Origin: Candidatus Sulfotelmatobacter sp.
GTDB lineage: Bacteria; Acidobacteriota; Terriglobia; Terriglobales; Acidobacteriaceae
NCBI GenBank assembly: GCA_036522075.1
Contig: DATDGM010000140.1
Location: 4,004-68,003, forward strand
Reading direction: 5' to 3'
DNA: 64,000 nucleotides
A model generated the notes under the pieces. It saw nothing but the letters and a program-made list of their open reading frames with translations. It was not told the origin of the DNA and ran no database searches. Position 1 is the stretch's first letter, and each line of letters starts with the position of its first letter. Both the position numbers and the translations under genes were made by a program. Positions 60,348 through 64,000 of the stretch are shown one piece after another.

Positions 60348-61533
60348 CCCGCCGAGCGCTCGCGTTCCAATTCATCAAGTACAAAGTGCACATCGCCCCG
60401 CTGGCCAGCAAAGGGACCACCATGCCAACCCGCACGCTGCCTGAGTGTTTGGAGAAGTAGCCAACCAGCTCCGGCAGTAAAGCGCCTCCAAGATTTGCCA
60501 CAGCGAACATGACGGAACCCACCCGCGATGCTGCCTCGCCAAATTCCCGCGATAACAGGGAAATCGTGATGGGATAGACGGCCGCCAGGCCGAAACCAGC
60601 CAGCATAGCGCCTCCCAAAACTCCGAGCACTGCATGGGACAGGAGCAGCCACGTGATTCCCGTGCAAGCCATCAGAAGTCCGGCACGGGCCAGCGCGATC
60701 TCCTCAACCCTCTTGAGCAGCCGGGATGCCAGCCACCTTCCGACCATCAGTGCGGAATAAAAAAAAGACGGACTCATCAAAGCCATGGCGAGCGACAACG
60801 TTCCCAGGCTTTTGGCATACGAGGCGATCCATCCACCAAATGAATTTTCCACTCCCACGTAAAGGAAGAAAAGTGTTGCCAGCAACAAGACAGGGTTGCT
60901 TCTCCAATCGACCGGCGCAGCCATGCTTGCGCCTTTCCCGCCGCTGGCTAACGGTTCGACGATGCGACGAGGCATCGCGGCAATGCCAGCAGTGACCAGG
61001 AACAACACGGCCGCGAAGGCTGCCAATAGCGATGGCACAAGGTGTTCCCGCGCCGCTGCGGCCACTAAAAACGGACATGCTACCGCGCCTGCGCTCCAGG
61101 AAAAATTCAGCAGGTTCAAAGCTGCGCTGCGCCGCAGCGGATGCACCTCGGCGACCAGCAAATTTGCGGCCGGCACTGCAACGCCAAAGCCGAAGCCGTA
61201 AAGCCCAATGCAAGCCGCCCCCAGGACTCGTGCACTGTAAGGCAGCCCCGCGACTCCCACCGCCATTGCCAGCAGGCCGGCTTTCATGGCAAAGCGATAT
61301 CCCCAGCGCGATACGCTAAAGCCAGAGAGCGCCACCCCCACCGTCGACGCCAGGAATTGCACCGTGAAGAGTGAACCCGCCTGCGCATAGTCCAGCGACC
61401 ACCTCGCCGAAAGCGTTGGCAGAAGCGGCCCCAACAGCACCGTTACAGTTCCGATGGGAACAAACGCGGCATGGGCTGCCAGCGTGAGAGGTCGTGAAGA
61501 ATCCGCGCCTTCCGGCGTCTGAGAAGGGTTCAT
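60337..61533 (-). CDS. MFS transporter
   Basis: ORF 60337..61608. The likely start is Met at 61533 (MNPSQTPEG...). It has ~12 TM helices. It is convergent with the nucleotidyltransferase gene and overlaps its 3' end by 11 nt. Confidence 0.85.
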   Translation of the reverse strand: MNPSQTPEGADSSRPLTLAAHAAFVPIGTVTVLLGPLLPTLSARWSLDYAQAGSLFTVQFLASTVGVALSGFSVSRWGYRFAMKAGLLAMAVGVAGLPYSARVLGAACIGLYGFGFGVAVPAANLLVAEVHPLRRSAALNLLNFSWSAGAVACPFLVAAAAREHLVPSLLAAFAAVLFLVTAGIAAMPRRIVEPLASGGKGASMAAPVDWRSNPVLLLATLFFLYVGVENSFGGWIASYAKSLGTLSLAMALMSPSFFYSALMVGRWLASRLLKRVEEIALARAGLLMACTGITWLLLSHAVLGVLGGAMLAGFGLAAVYPITISLLSREFGEAASRVGSVMFAVANLGGALLPELVGYFSKHSGSVRVGMVVPLLASGAMCTLYLMNWNASARRVTA

Positions 61534-61664
61534 TCGTTGGTCTGTCACTCCGAGCGGTGCGATGGAAACCTTGCACGCCCGCGCTACTAGCGCGCCCTGA
61601 AAACGCACCTCTATAACAACAGAGGAGTTTCACCCCGAGCGGTAGCGCACTTAATCAGAGTACT

Positions 61665-62711
61665 CTAGCTGCCAGCCGCTCTCGCGGTAGACTCCCTGAT
61701 CACCAGTTCAGGCTTAATCGCAATTTCTGACGGACAGTCGTCTCTCCCTGCGATTCGTTCCAACAGAGTCTGCGCCGCAACTTGCCCCATGCGTGCGAGA
61801 GGTTGCCGCACAGTGGTAAGAGTCGGAGTGTTGAAGGCCGCGCTCGGAATGTCGTCGAAGCCCATCACCGACACGTCCTCCGGCACACGCCGGCCCAGCT
61901 CCTGCAATGCGCGAATCGCCCCAATCGCGGAAATGTCATTGTACGCAAACAGGGCGGTGAAAGGCTTGTTACGCGCCAAAAGATGCTTCGCAAAAGGATA
62001 ACCCAGCTGCGGCGTCGGATCGTCAATATCAATCTGCACGGTCAATTCCGGGTCAATCGGCACTCCGATTTTCTTCGCGACCTCGCAGATTGCATTCCAG
62101 CGGTCCTTCGAGTCCGAACTGAGTGGATTGCCCCTCATGAAGGCGATTTGCTTGTGTCCCAGGCTGGCCAGGTGAGTCAGCGCCAGGGTAGCAGCTTGTA
62201 CGTGATCCAACACTACATTCGTGACTCCTTTGATTTTCTGGTGCCCAGCAACCGCCACCGTCGGCAGAGAAGGAGCCTCATGCACAGTCGTATCCACCGT
62301 AATGAACCCCTCGACGCCTCTCTGCAGCAAGAGTTGGGAATACTGGCTCAGCAAATTCTCATCATGGCGATGCGCCACGGTCAGGAAGAAATAGTCCATT
62401 TTTCTCAAGTGAGCCTCAATGCCGCTGATCACCATCGATCCGTAAGAGTCGCCGATTTCCTCGGCGATCACTCCGATCGTATAGGTCCGCTTGTTGCGCA
62501 GGGTGCGGGCAAAAAAGTTGGGGCGGTAATTCAGTTCTTTTGCTGCGGCATGAACGCGGTTCTTGGTCTCCTGGGGAATGGAACGCGCAGAAGGCGAATT
62601 ATTAAGAACGGCGGAAACCGTGCCGGGAGTCAGCCCCACATACGCAGCCACGGCTTTAAGCGTAACCGTCGTCGTTTTGGGGCCGAAGCCGGGTCTCTTG
62701 GTTGGGACCAT
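61665..62711 (-). CDS. LacI-family transcriptional regulator
   Basis: 348-aa ORF with an N-terminal HTH ([24 protein letters not shown]) and a periplasmic-binding-protein-like sugar-binding core ([18 protein letters not shown]). Confidence 0.95.
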   Translation of the reverse strand: MVPTKRPGFGPKTTTVTLKAVAAYVGLTPGTVSAVLNNSPSARSIPQETKNRVHAAAKELNYRPNFFARTLRNKRTYTIGVIAEEIGDSYGSMVISGIEAHLRKMDYFFLTVAHRHDENLLSQYSQLLLQRGVEGFITVDTTVHEAPSLPTVAVAGHQKIKGVTNVVLDHVQAATLALTHLASLGHKQIAFMRGNPLSSDSKDRWNAICEVAKKIGVPIDPELTVQIDIDDPTPQLGYPFAKHLLARNKPFTALFAYNDISAIGAIRALQELGRRVPEDVSVMGFDDIPSAAFNTPTLTTVRQPLARMGQVAAQTLLERIAGRDDCPSEIAIKPELVIRESTARAAGS

Positions 62712-62801
62712 GAGTCCGCTCAGATCTCGGAGTCTAGGTTTCGGCGCATCTTATTTTTTCTCATCTCGAGCAAGGCTCCGACCCCGTCCGCCGCCCCGAT
62801 T

Positions 62802-64000
62802 TTATGCCTTCGCATACCGCTCGCTGTTGGGTTTCGATCCGCTCAACGCGAAATACAGAATATAGAGATAGCAAATGACAGGCAGAAAGAAGGCGTGATG
62901 GATACCGATTCGGTCGGCAATCGCACCCTGCGCCACCGGAATAATCGCTCCGCCCACAATCGCCATAATCATGATGCCTGACCCGTCTCCGGTGAGCGGG
63001 CCCAGTTCAGCCACTCCCAGCGTGAAAATGCTGGGGAACATAATGGAATTAAAGAACCCGACCAGGATGATGCTCCACATAGCGAAGTGTCCGGTCGTCA
63101 GCATGGAGATTGCAACCAACACGCTCGTGGATATGGCGCAGATGCCGAGCAACATTCCAGTATTCGCAATGGCCTTGCCTCCGCGCAGCGCAGCCACTCC
63201 GGCGATCGTCGCCGCTGCGATCGCCACAAGTATAAACAGCGGTCGTCCTGCCACCACCAGCCACGCAAGCCAGGTCAGATTCGGCACCCCCGGCTGATAT
63301 CCCGGGGGCATATGGCTTTCGATTGGGTAGGAGAGCAAAATCAAGGCGATACTTAGGGCGGTTACCAGGGCCATATATTTTGCCTTCGCGCCCCCCAAAA
63401 AATTCGACCCAATAAAGCGTCCCAGCATGGCGCCGCCCCAATAGAAGGCGACGAAACTCGCGGCAACTTTTTCAGTCAGCCCGCCAATGTCCGACTGGCT
63501 GAAGTAGTTGACCAGAAAACTGCCAATCGAAACCTCGGCTCCTACATACACGAAAATGGCGATAGCGCCGAAGATCAAGCTGGGATGCTTCCAGATGGAA
63601 TCATTCACCTTTTCGCCCACTTTGCGCTGAGCGTGTTCGATTTTCGGTAACTTGAAACTACCGATCGCGACGGCCAACACGACCAGAGTAATGCCAAGGC
63701 CTACATAGGGCGTCTTGACGGTCGCGGCCTCGTGCAATCGATAAGCCTGCAGCGCGTTCGGCGCCAGGGCGCGAATCTCGTCGATGGCCTTAGGAGCCGC
63801 ACTCAAAATAAAGACGCCGCCGAAAAAAGGTGCCAGAAAGGTACCAAAGGAATTGAAGGCCTGTGTCAAATTCAGGCGGCTTGATGCAGTCTCAGGTTTC
63901 CCCAGCACCGTGACGTATGGATTAGCCGCCACCTGTAAGACGGTGATGCCTGCTGCAAGAACGATGAGCGCACCCAAGAACAACGGATAGGACGGCACAC
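62802..64000 (-). CDS. FucP/GluP-type sugar:H+ symporter (MFS); 5' end beyond the window
   Basis: The open frame reaches the window edge. LQVAANPYVTVLGKPETASSRLNLTQAFNSFG is the conserved fucose/glucose-galactose permease block, which normally sits ~100 aa into the protein. It lies downstream of the LacI gene on the same strand. Confidence 0.85.
   Translation of the reverse strand, partial: VPSYPLFLGALIVLAAGITVLQVAANPYVTVLGKPETASSRLNLTQAFNSFGTFLAPFFGGVFILSAAPKAIDEIRALAPNALQAYRLHEAATVKTPYVGLGITLVVLAVAIGSFKLPKIEHAQRKVGEKVNDSIWKHPSLIFGAIAIFVYVGAEVSIGSFLVNYFSQSDIGGLTEKVAASFVAFYWGGAMLGRFIGSNFLGGAKAKYMALVTALSIALILLSYPIESHMPPGYQPGVPNLTWLAWLVVAGRPLFILVAIAAATIAGVAALRGGKAIANTGMLLGICAISTSVLVAISMLTTGHFAMWSIILVGFFNSIMFPSIFTLGVAELGPLTGDGSGIMIMAIVGGAIIPVAQGAIADRIGIHHAFFLPVICYLYILYFALSGSKPNSERYAKA

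Overview
GC-rich bacterial chromosomal window. The gene content looks Acidobacteriota-like (my inference): giant Oar-type TonB-dependent receptors with carboxypeptidase-regulatory-like N-termini, eukaryotic-like Ser/Thr kinases fused to TPR arrays and to winged-helix domains, and multi-FtsX MacB-type ABC exporters. Left to right: a partial TonB receptor; two TAT-signal periplasmic enzymes; a second TonB receptor; a decayed integration hotspot around tRNA-Ser(GCU) with two integrase remnants and a MITE-like element; two STK-TPR sensor proteins; a P450 plus acyl desaturase pair. From about 22.3 to 42.9 kb there is a large specialised lipid or polyketide-like cluster. It carries a deacetylase, a GT2, a DUF2062-methyltransferase, a KS with an inactive KS partner, a KASIII-like enzyme, a Tes-like radical SAM, LolA-like proteins, a FabZ-like dehydratase, an MMPL exporter, FabG, an ACP and an LpxL-like acyltransferase. 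After that come a UPF0182 membrane protein, a MacB-type ABC efflux operon with three FtsX permeases, a DMT-type transporter and a large secreted beta-propeller-like protein. At 55.97-60.35 kb sits a compact RiPP-like operon: a 56-aa precursor, an S24/S26 peptidase, an HprK-like kinase, a PqqD/RRE protein, a radical SAM/SPASM enzyme and a nucleotidyltransferase. The window ends with an MFS transporter, a LacI regulator and a partial FucP-like transporter. The two best candidates for an undescribed system are the RiPP-like operon, which has a lasso-style leader but no lasso cyclase, and the aryl-polyene-like lipid cluster that carries a tetraether-synthase-like radical SAM inside a ~10 kb segment bracketed by a ~170 bp direct duplication. 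All domain calls come from motif recognition by eye. No database searches were run.
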